Below, in pieces: positions 16,233 to 30,047 of a DNA stretch of 64,000 nt; the first letter of the stretch is position 1; each line of letters starts with the position of its first letter. The stretch lies in NCBI RefSeq assembly GCF_003334335.1, contig NZ_QOWQ01000012.1. The stretch is one strand, 5' to 3'. The translations under genes were made by a program, and so were the position numbers. Below the pieces are notes generated by a model. That model saw nothing but the letters and a program-made list of their open reading frames with translations, searched no databases and had not been told where the DNA came from. The stretch comes from Escherichia coli. Its GTDB lineage: Bacteria; Pseudomonadota; Gammaproteobacteria; Enterobacterales; Enterobacteriaceae.

Positions 16233-17783
16233 TCACAAATGTTGCTCGGCCCAGCGTAAGAAATCTTCTTTCGGTAATGCCTTGCTGTAGAGCCAGCCCT
16301 GACCGTAGTGCACGCCATGCTGGCGTAACCACTCTTCTTGTTTACTGGTTTCGATTCCCTCCGCTACCATTTTCAGTTTCAGTGTTTTTGCCATTTCGAT
16401 GATATGCGGCGTGACATTTTTATATTCCAGCGCATCAACGAAAGATTTATCGATCTTCAGAATGTCGACATCCAGATCCTGTAAATAACTTAAACTTGAA
16501 TACCCCGTACCAAAATCATCAAGATAAATTTCATGGCCCGCCTCCCGGTAGCGAGAAATTATCGGGGCGCTGGTTTTCGGATCGGCAAACTCGCGTTCAG
16601 TGAGTTCAAGCGCGATCTGTCTGGGATTAACCTGATAGTGATTGATCATGTCACGCAGCAATTGCGGGATTTTTTCCGAGGTGAGCACGGGGGATTCAAG
16701 ATTGATCGAAATATGCTGCTGTGGATGCTGACGCAGCCAGTCGCCCATATCTTCAAAGACGCTTCTTATAATCAGTAGCGTCAATGGCTCAGAAAGGCCC
16801 GTTTGCTGTGCCAGCGGAATAAAACTATCTGGTGACAACCAACTACCGTCTGTCTGCGGCCAGCGCGCCAGTGCCTCAGCACCGACAATTTTGCCATTGG
16901 CTAAGGAGACAATCGGCTGATAGTGCACGCAAATATCACGATTTTCGATAGCATCCTGCAGCCGATGATGCGGTGACTGAATACGGCGCAAAATACGCAG
17001 CACAAACATCGCTGCCAGCAGGCCAATCACCAACCCGAGCGGTAACCAAATAAAGACTTGCCGATGCCAGCCTTTCTGCAACATTTTCGTTGAAGCCCAT
17101 GTGATGATCGAAATATTCATCTCCGGTAAGGGCAGGATATCGTAAATGATTCCATTATTTTCGATATGCTCACCGGGTGTTTTTTGTAGCCTGGTAATAA
17201 TTCCCTGAGCAATTTCATCGCTGCTGGTTATGACAACGTTATGGACATTGCCAATAATGGCGGCATCAATTTGCCATGAGCTATAGGGAATGACATCAAT
17301 AAAGGAAGCGGGGTCGATCATGACGACATAATGTGCCGTTCCCATGGCGACCATGTAACGGATAATGCCTAAATCGTTATGCGATGTTAACCAGACACGA
17401 TAACCATCTTTCGAAATTTTACCTGGCTCGGGGAAGGTATCGGGCGGACTTTCATGCTCCAGAGACGAACACTGGGGAACGTTGTTATCGATATAAGCCA
17501 CTTCCTGAATATAGCGATAACTGTAAGATACCCGACGCATTTCCATGAGATGGGCTTCGCTACAGGCAGCGCCTTGCCATCTTTCCAGCTCCTGCAGCGC
17601 ATCTTTCCCTTGTGTCGCCACCTTATTGGCTCGAATAGCGACGCGGGAGGAATAGGTATCCAGCTCTTCAATAAACGATGTTTCTACCTGCTGATGGGCC
17701 AGCCAGATGCTTAAGCCGACAGGCAGCAATACTGAAAGAATCAGTACTCCCGAAATAAGGCCGACCAGATGTCGTGTTCTCAC
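16233..17783 (-). CDS. pdeB: c-di-GMP phosphodiesterase with periplasmic CSS-motif domain and EAL domain
   Basis: Track ORF 518 aa from 17789; I prefer the GTG at 17783 (MRTRHLVGL..., 516 aa). C-terminal EAL motifs (QPIVSL, EALARW, DDFGTGYSSL) read in the translation. Confidence 0.8.
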   Translation of the reverse strand: MRTRHLVGLISGVLILSVLLPVGLSIWLAHQQVETSFIEELDTYSSRVAIRANKVATQGKDALQELERWQGAACSEAHLMEMRRVSYSYRYIQEVAYIDNNVPQCSSLEHESPPDTFPEPGKISKDGYRVWLTSHNDLGIIRYMVAMGTAHYVVMIDPASFIDVIPYSSWQIDAAIIGNVHNVVITSSDEIAQGIITRLQKTPGEHIENNGIIYDILPLPEMNISIITWASTKMLQKGWHRQVFIWLPLGLVIGLLAAMFVLRILRRIQSPHHRLQDAIENRDICVHYQPIVSLANGKIVGAEALARWPQTDGSWLSPDSFIPLAQQTGLSEPLTLLIIRSVFEDMGDWLRQHPQQHISINLESPVLTSEKIPQLLRDMINHYQVNPRQIALELTEREFADPKTSAPIISRYREAGHEIYLDDFGTGYSSLSYLQDLDVDILKIDKSFVDALEYKNVTPHIIEMAKTLKLKMVAEGIETSKQEEWLRQHGVHYGQGWLYSKALPKEDFLRWAEQHL

Positions 17784-17946
17784 CAGCATATCCTTATTAA
17801 CACAGTGTAGGGAAAGTATATCTGATTGTGGAAAAAGGCTGGCTGGAGATAAGGAGGTAGAGCTGGTATTTCATGAAGTGATGGGTGGAAACGATCATTG
17901 TCATTTGACCAGGCGCAGAGCTTTACGCCTGGTATGTAACCCTAAC

Positions 17947-18417
17947 TTAAGATGTTGATTCGGCGCGAGCGAGGGTAAAAATATCGTAAAAAGACAGTTC
18001 ACCTTTACGGACGATCATTTTTTGCAGTTGTTCCTTATGAACATCCGCGACACGCGGAGAGTTCAAGATGGCTTCAACCAGCGCGGCAGGTACAAAGCGC
18101 GTGTTGTACCATTCGCCGTTATAGCAAACGCGGAAATCCAGCACGTCGATATCTTCATAGCGGTAGCGTGGGTAGACATCGAAAAAGAAGAAACCATTAA
18201 GCAGGATAAATAATACAACCAGTAGCCAGACAGAGCCTGACAGCGTTTCGGACTGCAACATCACCGCCAGGGTGGCAAAAAAAGCAACGTACATACCGAT
18301 AAACAGCCCCGGATGTTTACGGATAAAACTGATACTAAAGCGGGGTTTGTTGTCGCGTTTTTCGCGGGTATTCAGAGACTCAATCGTTTCGGTCAGCAGG
18401 CGTTGTATTTCGGTCAT
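17947..18417 (-). CDS. ylaC: Inner-membrane protein YlaC (DUF1449)
   Basis: Track ORF 169 aa; internal ATG at 18417 ([22 protein letters not shown]...) gives 156 aa with two TM helices. Confidence 0.75.
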
Positions 18418-18532
18418 CGTTTGCCTTCGTGGTATCTGCAACTTTCCAGGGAACACCCTATTTTAACGTGGGAATAGTAGAGGGGAAGTAACAGATCTAC
18501 CACAATTTTGCATAACAGTTGCGAAAAACCGA

Positions 18533-19084
18533 TTACAATTTTTTAATTATTCTGGCTGGATTACCGCCCACGACAACGTTGTCCGGGACATCTTTTGTGA
18601 CAACTGCACCTGAGGCTACCACGACGTTATCACCAATGGTCACACCAGGGTTAATGACCGCGCGTCCGCCAATCCAGACGTTATTACCGATGGTGACGGG
18701 TTTCCCCAGTTCAGCACCGCTATTACGTGCTACAGGGTCGATGGGATGTGTTGCCGTGTAGATATGAACGCCTGGTGCCAACATACAGTTATCACCGATG
18801 CGAATAGGGCAGACATCAAGCATCACGCAATCGAAGTTGGCGAAAAAATTATTACCGAGAAAAATGTTATAGCCATAGTCACAGCGAAACGTTGGCTCAA
18901 TATAAGCCTCTGTCACCTGACCGAATAGATCAGCGAGAATTTGCTGGCGTAATGTGTGCTCTTCCGCCAGGGAATGATTGTATCGGTGAATAAGCTGACG
19001 AGCGCGCAGGCGATCGCGAGATAACGTCTCATCTGCCGAGCGATACAACTCACCAGCAATCATCTTTTCTTTTTCTGTGCTCAT
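18533..19084 (-). CDS. maa: Maltose O-acetyltransferase (hexapeptide-repeat acyltransferase)
   Basis: 183 aa; [21 protein letters not shown]... with left-handed beta-helix hexapeptide repeats ([45 protein letters not shown]). Confidence 0.9.
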
Positions 19085-19255
19085 TACTGACCTCCGGTTG
19101 CTGAAAATGCGGCAACACAGTAAGACGAAAAGTCAGTGAAGAGAACGTTCCCATTACATCTGTGTGATAAAGATCACATAGGGTATGTCTTCATGGCGAA
19201 AAAGTATAAAATTCTTAATAAACAGCCGGTTATAGCTCCGAAAGCGAATTATTTA

Positions 19256-19474
19256 TTAGCGAATAAATTTCCATACTGAGGAAGGGATCTTGTCGTACAG
19301 TTTATTCATGGTCAATTCGGCGAGGCGGTGATCTGCGGCTGAGTAAAATACCGCCAGTTCATTATCTGATAATTCGTATTTATTTTTCTCGATAACACGC
19401 TCCAGCGTGTCAATTGTCTGGCAACGACGTAAACGCATTAAATAATCGGTTTTCGTTAAAGGTTTTTCGGACAT
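19256..19474 (-). CDS. hha: Hemolysin expression-modulating protein Hha (H-NS co-regulator)
   Basis: Track ORF 154 aa is over-extended; ATG at 19474 gives 72 aa [72 protein letters not shown]. Confidence 0.9.
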
Positions 19475-19499
19475 ACTTCTACCTATGGTTGTAATAATT

Positions 19500-19874
19500 C
19501 TAACAAGATAAACTCGCAGGATTCTCTTTCGTCGCATTGACAAAACAACGGAATAGTCGATTACCTGACTTCCGCCATTTCTGAAGATCCTGCATATTAA
19601 TACCATAACTACTGAACAACATAAAGGTGTCATCCAGATATTCGTCGATCTGCTCAATGAGCTTATTGTCTTCATTATACTTAATTTTGTAATTAAGTGC
19701 GAAGGTCGCAATATGCTCAATCAGTTCATTCAACTGGAGGTTGATCGCCGAGGTTGGGTCGTTTACCCAGCCATGATTGCTTTCTTCAAGGTTTGCAAGG
19801 CAGTCATGATACAGGGTTTCACAGAGAAACTTAAGCTGTGCGATATCATGTCTTTTGGGTGAGTATTCATCCAT
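19500..19874 (-). CDS. tomB: Hha toxicity modulator TomB (YbaJ)
   Basis: 124 aa; [40 protein letters not shown]...; immediately upstream of and co-oriented with hha. Confidence 0.85.
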
Positions 19875-20375
19875 AACGCGTCCCCTTCTTAGCGGTTGAA
19901 CTAACGGACACCTTTCGGGATGGAAAAAACTTACTGACCTGGACTTGCCCTCTCGTTTGTTAGCTTAACTATAAGCCACTCTTTGCAGGTTTTCATCGCA
20001 TTATTACGAAAAATTACAATTAGGAAGGAAGCGGGACAGGACTCATTTTTTCATACTAGCACTAACCCGCAGCAGGTAAAAGCAGTTTGCTCGAACTATT
20101 CATAACATTTCAGGATTATCGCCAGATGAAATTGGTGACACTAATACCAGGATTGCTCTGAATATGACGTAATAACCGAGGAATGAATAAAGAATTACCG
20201 CAAATAATTAAGAATAGCCTCTAAATGATTATGGATTATTAAATCTATTAGCGCTACTTAATATAAATTAACTAACAATCAGTATTTTTTATGAATTTTA
20301 TCCGTGGTTAATACTGGTTTTCGTATGAGATCCTGAGTTGGTGGTTCAATTACTCCTTAATGTTCGTAGGTTATG

Positions 20376-20402
20376 CATAAAAAAGGCCGCTTACGCGGCC
20401 TT
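20376..20402 (-). terminator. Rho-independent terminator after acrB
   Basis: Hairpin aaggccgc-ttac-gcggcctt preceded on the + strand by an A-run (T-run on the minus strand) just downstream of the acrB stop. Confidence 0.75.
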
Positions 20403-20419
20403 AGTGATTACACGTTGTA

Positions 20420-23572
<3,153 letters not shown>

Positions 23573-23591
23573 TTAACGGCTCCTGTTTAAG

Positions 23592-24785
23592 TTAAGACTT
23601 GGACTGTTCAGGCTGAGCACCGCTTGCGGCTTGCTGGTTATTATCAGCGGTAACTTCTTGTGCTTTTACCTGGACACCAGGACGCACTTTCTGCAGCCCA
23701 CTTATTACTACGCGATCGCCTGCTTTCAGACCTTCTGTCACCAGCCACTTATCGCCAATAGCCTGGCTTGCAACGATCGGACGGGTTTCCACTTTGTCAT
23801 CCGCGCCAACTACCAGTACGGTGGCATCGCCACGCGGCGTACGGGTTACGCCCTGTTGCGGGACTAAAATAGCGTTTGGATTAAGCCCTTCTTCCAGACG
23901 TGCGCGCACGAACATACCCGGCAGCAGAGTGTGATCCGGGTTCGGGAAGATAGCGCGTAGGGTGATAGACCCAGTGGTCTGATCAACGGTAACGTCAGAG
24001 AATTCCAGCGTACCGTCCTGCGGGAACTTAATGCCGTCACTGGTGATCAGTGACACTTTGGCTTTGCCGTTCTCTTGTTTCAGCGTGCCATTCGCCAGTT
24101 CCTGTTTCAGGCGCAGGAAGTCGTTGCTGGACTGGGTCACATCAACGTAGATCGGATCAAGTTGCTGCACGGTTGCCAGCGCAGTCGCCTGACCGTTCTG
24201 TACCAATGCGCCTTCCGTCACGTTCGACTTACCAATGCGACCGCTAATCGGAGAGGTGACTTTGGTGTAAGCCAGATTGATCCGCGCAGTTTCAACGGCA
24301 GCTTTCGCCGCAGTTACCGCAGCATTCGCCTGTTGCGCATCAGCCAGAGCCTGATCGTACTCTTGCTTACTGATGTACTGAGTACCGAGCAGTTTCTGAT
24401 AACGATTCACCGTCAATTGCGCGATATTGGCTGCAGCCTGGGCTTTCGCCAGATCACCTTTCGCACTGTCGTATGTCGCCTGATAGGTCGCAGGATCAAT
24501 CTGATAGAGAGAGACACCTGCTTCGATGTCGCTACCTTCTTTGAAATTACGCTTCAGGATAATCCCGCTAACTTGAGGACGAACTTCTGCGATCCGGTAG
24601 GCACTGGTGCGACCCGGAAGCTCGGTTGTGATCTGCAGAGGTTCAGTTTTGACTGTTACTACGCCAACGGCGGGCATCTGCTGGCCACCTTGTTGGGCCT
24701 GTTTGTCGTCACATCCTGTTAGGGCTAAGCTGCCTGAGAGCATCAGAACGACCGCCAGAGGCGTAAACCCTCTGTTTTTGTTCAT
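23592..24785 (-). CDS. acrA: Efflux periplasmic adaptor (membrane fusion) lipoprotein AcrA
   Basis: Track ORF 409 aa; ATG at 24785 with GAGG SD gives 397 aa MNKNRGFTPLAVVLMLSGSLALTGCDDKQ (lipobox LTGC). Confidence 0.95.
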   Translation of the reverse strand: MNKNRGFTPLAVVLMLSGSLALTGCDDKQAQQGGQQMPAVGVVTVKTEPLQITTELPGRTSAYRIAEVRPQVSGIILKRNFKEGSDIEAGVSLYQIDPATYQATYDSAKGDLAKAQAAANIAQLTVNRYQKLLGTQYISKQEYDQALADAQQANAAVTAAKAAVETARINLAYTKVTSPISGRIGKSNVTEGALVQNGQATALATVQQLDPIYVDVTQSSNDFLRLKQELANGTLKQENGKAKVSLITSDGIKFPQDGTLEFSDVTVDQTTGSITLRAIFPNPDHTLLPGMFVRARLEEGLNPNAILVPQQGVTRTPRGDATVLVVGADDKVETRPIVASQAIGDKWLVTEGLKAGDRVVISGLQKVRPGVQVKAQEVTADNNQQAASGAQPEQSKS

Positions 24786-24874
24786 ATGTAAACCTCGAGT
24801 GTCCGATTTCAAATTGGTCAATGGTCAAAAGTTAATAAACCCATTGCTGCGTTTATATTATCGTCGTGCTATGG

Positions 24875-24898
24875 TACATACATTCACAAATGTATGTA
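24875..24898. promoter_or_regulatory. AcrR operator: 24-bp palindrome in the acrR-acrAB divergent promoter region
   Basis: tacatacattcacaaatgtatgta reads as a perfect inverted repeat (10-bp arms, 4-bp centre) between the acrA start (24785) and acrR start (24927). Confidence 0.85.
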
Positions 24899-24926
24899 AA
24901 TCTAACGCCTGTAAATTCACGAACAT

Positions 24927-25574
24927 ATGGCACGAAAAACCAAACAAGAAGCGCAAGAAACGCGCCAACACATCCTCGATGTGGCTCTACGTCTTTTCTC
25001 ACAGCAGGGGGTATCATCCACCTCGCTGGGCGAGATTGCAAAAGCAGCTGGCGTTACGCGCGGTGCAATCTACTGGCATTTTAAAGACAAGTCGGATTTG
25101 TTCAGTGAGATCTGGGAACTGTCAGAATCCAATATTGGTGAACTAGAGCTTGAGTATCAGGCAAAATTCCCTGGCGATCCACTCTCAGTATTAAGAGAGA
25201 TATTAATTCATGTTCTTGAATCCACGGTGACAGAAGAACGGCGTCGATTATTGATGGAGATTATATTCCACAAATGCGAATTTGTCGGAGAAATGGCTGT
25301 TGTGCAACAGGCACAACGTAATCTCTGTCTGGAAAGTTATGACCGTATAGAACAAACGTTAAAACATTGTATTGAAGCGAAAATGTTGCCTGCGGATTTA
25401 ATGACGCGTCGCGCAGCAATTATTATGCGCGGCTATATTTCCGGCCTGATGGAAAACTGGCTCTTTGCCCCGCAATCTTTTGATCTTAAAAAAGAAGCCC
25501 GCGATTACGTTGCCATCTTACTGGAGATGTATCTCCTGTGCCCCACGCTTCGTAATCCTGCCACTAACGAATAA
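24927..25574 (+). CDS. acrR: TetR-family repressor of acrAB
   Basis: 215 aa; [55 protein letters not shown] (TetR HTH); divergent from acrA. Confidence 0.95.
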
Positions 25575-25701
25575 CCCTGAATCTGACTCCAGGATTTTTC
25601 CTGGACATTTTCGTCGTTGCTATTCTGGTTCACTGCGTCGTGATATTCTTGCGGTTTGACTTTTTCAGGTCGTTCTTCAGGTTCAGAAACCTTCATTCAT
25701 C

Positions 25702-28700
25702 ATGACTATGTTCCAGTATTACAAACGATCACGGCATTTTGTTTTTTCAGCATTTATTGCTTTTGTTTTTGTCTTGTTATGCCAGAACACGGCGTTTGCG
25801 CGGGCGTCATCGAATGGTGATCTGCCGACAAAAGCGGACCTGCAGGCGCAACTTGACTCACTAAATAAACAAAAAGATCTTTCTGCTCAGGACAAACTGG
25901 TGCAGCAGGATCTGACAGATACATTAGCCACCCTCGATAAAATCGATCGCATAAAAGAAGAGACAGTTCAGCTACGGCAAAAAGTCGCTGAAGCGCCGGA
26001 AAAAATGCGCCAGGCGACCGCGGCGTTAACAGCACTTAGCGATGTCGATAACGACGAAGAAACGCGCAAAATTCTGAGCACGCTGTCGTTGCGCCAGCTG
26101 GAAACTCGCGTTGCCCAGGCGCTGGACGATTTGCAAAACGCACAAAACGATCTGGCGTCTTATAACAGCCAGCTGGTTTCGTTACAGACGCAGCCCGAAC
26201 GCGTGCAAAATGCGATGTATAACGCTTCGCAGCAGCTGCAACAAATTCGCAGTCGTCTGGATGGGACTGATGTCGGCGAGACAGCCTTACGTCCCAGCCA
26301 GAAAGTGTTAATGCAGGCCCAGCAGGCGTTGCTGAATGCGGAGATTGACCAGCAGCGTAAAAGCCTGGAAGGGAACACCGTCTTGCAGGATACCTTGCAA
26401 AAGCAACGTGATTACGTGACGGCGAACAGCGCTCGTCTGGAGCACCAGTTACAACTGTTGCAAGAAGCGGTAAACAGCAAGCGCCTGACTTTAACCGAAA
26501 AAACGGCGCAGGAAGCCGTCTCCCCGGATGAAGCCGCGCGTATTCAGGCTAATCCGCTGGTGAAGCAGGAACTGGAAATTAACCAGCAGTTAAGTCAGCG
26601 TCTGATTACCGCGACTGAAAACGGTAATCAGTTGATGCAGCAAAACATTAAAGTCAAAAACTGGCTGGAGCGGGCGCTGCAATCGGAACGCAATATTAAA
26701 GAGCAGATTGCCGTCCTGAAGGGCAGCCTGCTGTTGTCTCGTATCCTTTACCAGCAACAACAAACGCTGCCCTCGGCGGATGAACTGGAAAACATGACCA
26801 ACCGCATCGCGGATTTGCGTCTCGAACAGTTTGAAGTTAACCAGCAGCGTGATGCACTCTTCCAGAGCGATGCGTTCGTCAACAAACTGGAAGAAGGTCA
26901 CACCAACGAAGTCAACAGCGAAGTTCACGATGCGTTATTGCAAGTGGTTGATATGCGTCGCGAATTGCTGGATCAACTCAACAAACAGTTGGGTAACCAG
27001 CTGATGATGGCCATTAACCTGCAAATCAACCAGCAGCAGTTAATGAGTGTGTCGAAAAACCTGAAATCCATCCTGACTCAGCAAATCTTTTGGGTGAACA
27101 GTAACCGTCCAATGGACTGGGACTGGATCAAAGCGTTCCCGCAAAGCCTGAAAGATGAATTTAAGTCGATGAAAATCACGGTGAACTGGCAAAAAGCCTG
27201 GCCCGCCGTTTTTATCGCTTTCCTCGCTGGTTTGCCGCTGCTGTTGATTGCCGGGCTGATCCACTGGCGTCTGGGCTGGCTGAAAGCGTATCAACAAAAA
27301 CTGGCTTCCGCTGTGGGTTCCCTGCGTAACGACAGCCAGCTCAACACACCAAAAGCGATCCTTATCGACCTGATCCGTGCGCTGCCGGTGTGCCTGATTA
27401 TTCTCGCGGTTGGCCTGATTCTGTTGACCATGCAGCTCAACATCAGCGAACTGCTATGGTCGTTCAGCAAAAAACTGGCGATATTCTGGCTGGTGTTTGG
27501 CCTGTGCTGGAAGGTACTGGAGAAAAACGGCGTTGCCGTACGTCACTTCGGCATGCCGGAACAGCAGACCAGCCACTGGCGTCGGCAAATTGTCCGCATC
27601 AGTCTCGCATTGCTGCCTATCCATTTCTGGTCTGTGGTGGCAGAACTTTCCCCGCTGCATCTGATGGATGATGTGCTGGGGCAAGCGATGATTTTCTTCA
27701 ACCTGCTGCTGATTGCCTTCCTGGTATGGCCGATGTGCCGCGAAAGCTGGCGTGATAAAGAGTCGCACACCATGCGACTGGTCACCATTACCGTGCTGTC
27801 GATAATCCCGATTGCGCTGATGGTGCTGACTGCTACAGGCTACTTCTACACTACGCTGCGTCTGGCAGGACGCTGGATTGAAACCGTTTATCTGGTGATC
27901 ATCTGGAACCTGCTGTACCAGACGGTACTGCGTGGCTTAAGCGTAGCGGCGCGGCGTATCGCCTGGCGTCGTGCGCTGGCGCGTCGGCAGAATCTGGTGA
28001 AAGAGGGCGCAGAAGGTGCTGAACCGCCGGAAGAACCCACCATTGCACTGGAGCAAGTTAACCAGCAGACGCTGCGTATTACCATGTTGCTGATGTTTGC
28101 GCTGTTCGGTGTCATGTTCTGGGCAATTTGGTCCGATTTGATCACCGTGTTCAGCTATCTCGACAGCATCACGCTCTGGCATTACAACGGCACTGAAGCT
28201 GGCGCTGCGGTGGTGAAAAACGTCACCATGGGCAGTCTGTTGTTTGCGATTATCGCCTCAATGGTGGCCTGGGCGTTGATTCGCAACCTGCCTGGTTTAC
28301 TGGAAGTGCTGGTGCTCTCGCGACTGAATATGCGCCAGGGCGCGTCGTATGCCATTACTACCATCCTTAACTACATCATTATTGCTGTTGGTGCGATGAC
28401 GGTGTTCGGATCGCTGGGCGTCTCTTGGGATAAACTCCAGTGGCTGGCCGCAGCATTATCCGTAGGTCTTGGTTTTGGTTTACAAGAAATTTTCGGTAAC
28501 TTCGTCTCCGGTTTGATCATTCTATTCGAACGTCCGGTGCGTATTGGCGATACGGTAACCATTGGTAGCTTCTCGGGGACGGTAAGTAAGATCCGTATTC
28601 GTGCGACAACGATTACCGATTTCGATCGCAAAGAAGTGATCATCCCGAACAAAGCGTTTGTTACCGAGCGTCTGATCAACTGGTCGTTGACTGACACTAC

Positions 28701-29064
28701 TACGCGTCTGGTGATCCGTCTCGGCGTGGCCTATGGCTCCGATCTGGAAAAAGTGCGTAAAGTGTTACTGAAGGCGGCGACTGAGCACCCAAGGGTGATG
28801 CACGAACCAATGCCGGAAGTCTTCTTTACGGCATTTGGTGCCAGCACGTTGGATCATGAGCTGCGTCTGTATGTGCGTGAACTGCGTGACCGTAGTCGTA
28901 CTGTCGATGAGCTGAACCGTACTATCGATCAGCTGTGCCGTGAAAACGACATCAACATTGCCTTTAACCAGCTTGAAGTGCATCTGCACAACGAGAAGGG
29001 CGATGAGGTGACGGAAGTAAAACGCGACTACAAAGGCGATGACCCGACGCCAGCGGTAGGGTAA
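25702..29064 (+). CDS. mscK: K+-dependent mechanosensitive channel MscK (KefA/AefA)
   Basis: 1120 aa; signal peptide, long periplasmic coiled-coil region, then multi-TM domain and C-terminal MscS-like domain. Confidence 0.9.
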   Translation: MTMFQYYKRSRHFVFSAFIAFVFVLLCQNTAFARASSNGDLPTKADLQAQLDSLNKQKDLSAQDKLVQQDLTDTLATLDKIDRIKEETVQLRQKVAEAPEKMRQATAALTALSDVDNDEETRKILSTLSLRQLETRVAQALDDLQNAQNDLASYNSQLVSLQTQPERVQNAMYNASQQLQQIRSRLDGTDVGETALRPSQKVLMQAQQALLNAEIDQQRKSLEGNTVLQDTLQKQRDYVTANSARLEHQLQLLQEAVNSKRLTLTEKTAQEAVSPDEAARIQANPLVKQELEINQQLSQRLITATENGNQLMQQNIKVKNWLERALQSERNIKEQIAVLKGSLLLSRILYQQQQTLPSADELENMTNRIADLRLEQFEVNQQRDALFQSDAFVNKLEEGHTNEVNSEVHDALLQVVDMRRELLDQLNKQLGNQLMMAINLQINQQQLMSVSKNLKSILTQQIFWVNSNRPMDWDWIKAFPQSLKDEFKSMKITVNWQKAWPAVFIAFLAGLPLLLIAGLIHWRLGWLKAYQQKLASAVGSLRNDSQLNTPKAILIDLIRALPVCLIILAVGLILLTMQLNISELLWSFSKKLAIFWLVFGLCWKVLEKNGVAVRHFGMPEQQTSHWRRQIVRISLALLPIHFWSVVAELSPLHLMDDVLGQAMIFFNLLLIAFLVWPMCRESWRDKESHTMRLVTITVLSIIPIALMVLTATGYFYTTLRLAGRWIETVYLVIIWNLLYQTVLRGLSVAARRIAWRRALARRQNLVKEGAEGAEPPEEPTIALEQVNQQTLRITMLLMFALFGVMFWAIWSDLITVFSYLDSITLWHYNGTEAGAAVVKNVTMGSLLFAIIASMVAWALIRNLPGLLEVLVLSRLNMRQGASYAITTILNYIIIAVGAMTVFGSLGVSWDKLQWLAAALSVGLGFGLQEIFGNFVSGLIILFERPVRIGDTVTIGSFSGTVSKIRIRATTITDFDRKEVIIPNKAFVTERLINWSLTDTTTRLVIRLGVAYGSDLEKVRKVLLKAATEHPRVMHEPMPEVFFTAFGASTLDHELRLYVRELRDRSRTVDELNRTIDQLCRENDINIAFNQLEVHLHNEKGDEVTEVKRDYKGDDPTPAVG

Positions 29065-29124
29065 AAACGAAAGGGGGCAACATTTAGTTGCCCCGAGATT
29101 GCTAACAAAGTGCGCGTTGTTCAT

Positions 29125-29222
29125 GCCGGATGCGGCGTGACCGCCTTATCCGGCCTACGAAACCGCAAGAATTCAATATATTGCAGGAGCGGTGTAGGCC
29201 TGATAAGCGTAGCGCATCAGGC
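29125..29222. repeat. REP/BIME element (two inverted REP units)
   Basis: gccggatgcggcgtgaccgccttatccggcctac and ggtgtaggcctgataagcgtagcgcatcaggc are typical E. coli REP palindromes. Confidence 0.8.
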
Positions 29223-29275
29223 AGTTTTGCGTTTGCCCGCAACCTTAGGGGACATTTAGCGACCCCATTTATTTT

Positions 29276-29437
29276 TCACTTTTCCGCCTCATCATCGCGC
29301 GTTAATTTCTTTTCATAATCACGCTTTACAATATCCAGCGCGCGCAGCACGGTACTGGCAGGGATCTGATTTTCCTCCAGCAGCACAATCAAATCGACAG
29401 CCAGTTTGACATCGTCAGGGGCATTTTCCAGTGACAT
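29276..29437 (-). CDS. ybaM: Small protein YbaM (DUF2496), 53 aa
   Basis: Not in the ORF track (<60 aa). Hand translation of the minus strand from ATG 29437: [53 protein letters not shown], stop at 29276-29278. Confidence 0.7.
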
Positions 29438-29450
29438 ATTCTCTCCATTG

Positions 29451-29978
29451 CTAGCGGGTTAAACGCGCTAACCTGTTTTCGATTTTTTCCAGCGCATGGC
29501 GGCAGCGTGCCAGGCGCGCTTCATAGGCTTCCACTTCACGATGCAGCGTTTGCTGTTCCACGAGATCGGTCACCCGCGCCAGACGGGCTCTGCGTTCGGC
29601 AACCATCTCACGTAGCCGCCGCTCAAAATCCTGATGCTGAATACGTTTACGCTGCCAGCGGGCAATTTTCGGTGGTGCACTGTCCCACTCGCGCAATGAC
29701 CAGGCGGAGGCTTCACGCGCGATGGCTTCCAGTTGTGCCGCCAGATGTTCCGCCAGCCAGGCCACTTGCGGCAGCTGTTGCTGCTCAACTGCATGACGAA
29801 GCGCAGCCAGATTATCGCCCGCCTCGTCGAGACAAGCCTGTAGTGTTGTCGCACGAGTCTGAAAAAGATGCCTGTCGAAACGAGCACTTAGCGTGGCGAA
29901 CTGTGACACCGGGGCACAACGCTGACGCAGCGTAGCGAGCTGTCCTTCCAGTTTTTCCAGCAGCAGGGCGGTTTTCAC
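29451..29978 (-). CDS. priC: Primosomal replication protein N'' (PriC)
   Basis: 175 aa; [66 protein letters not shown]... Confidence 0.85.
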
Positions 29979-30047
29979 GATAAGACCTCAATGAAAATGA
30001 TAATTGTTATGCTAAAGTAGCCACTCTGTAAGCTGACAACACTCAAT

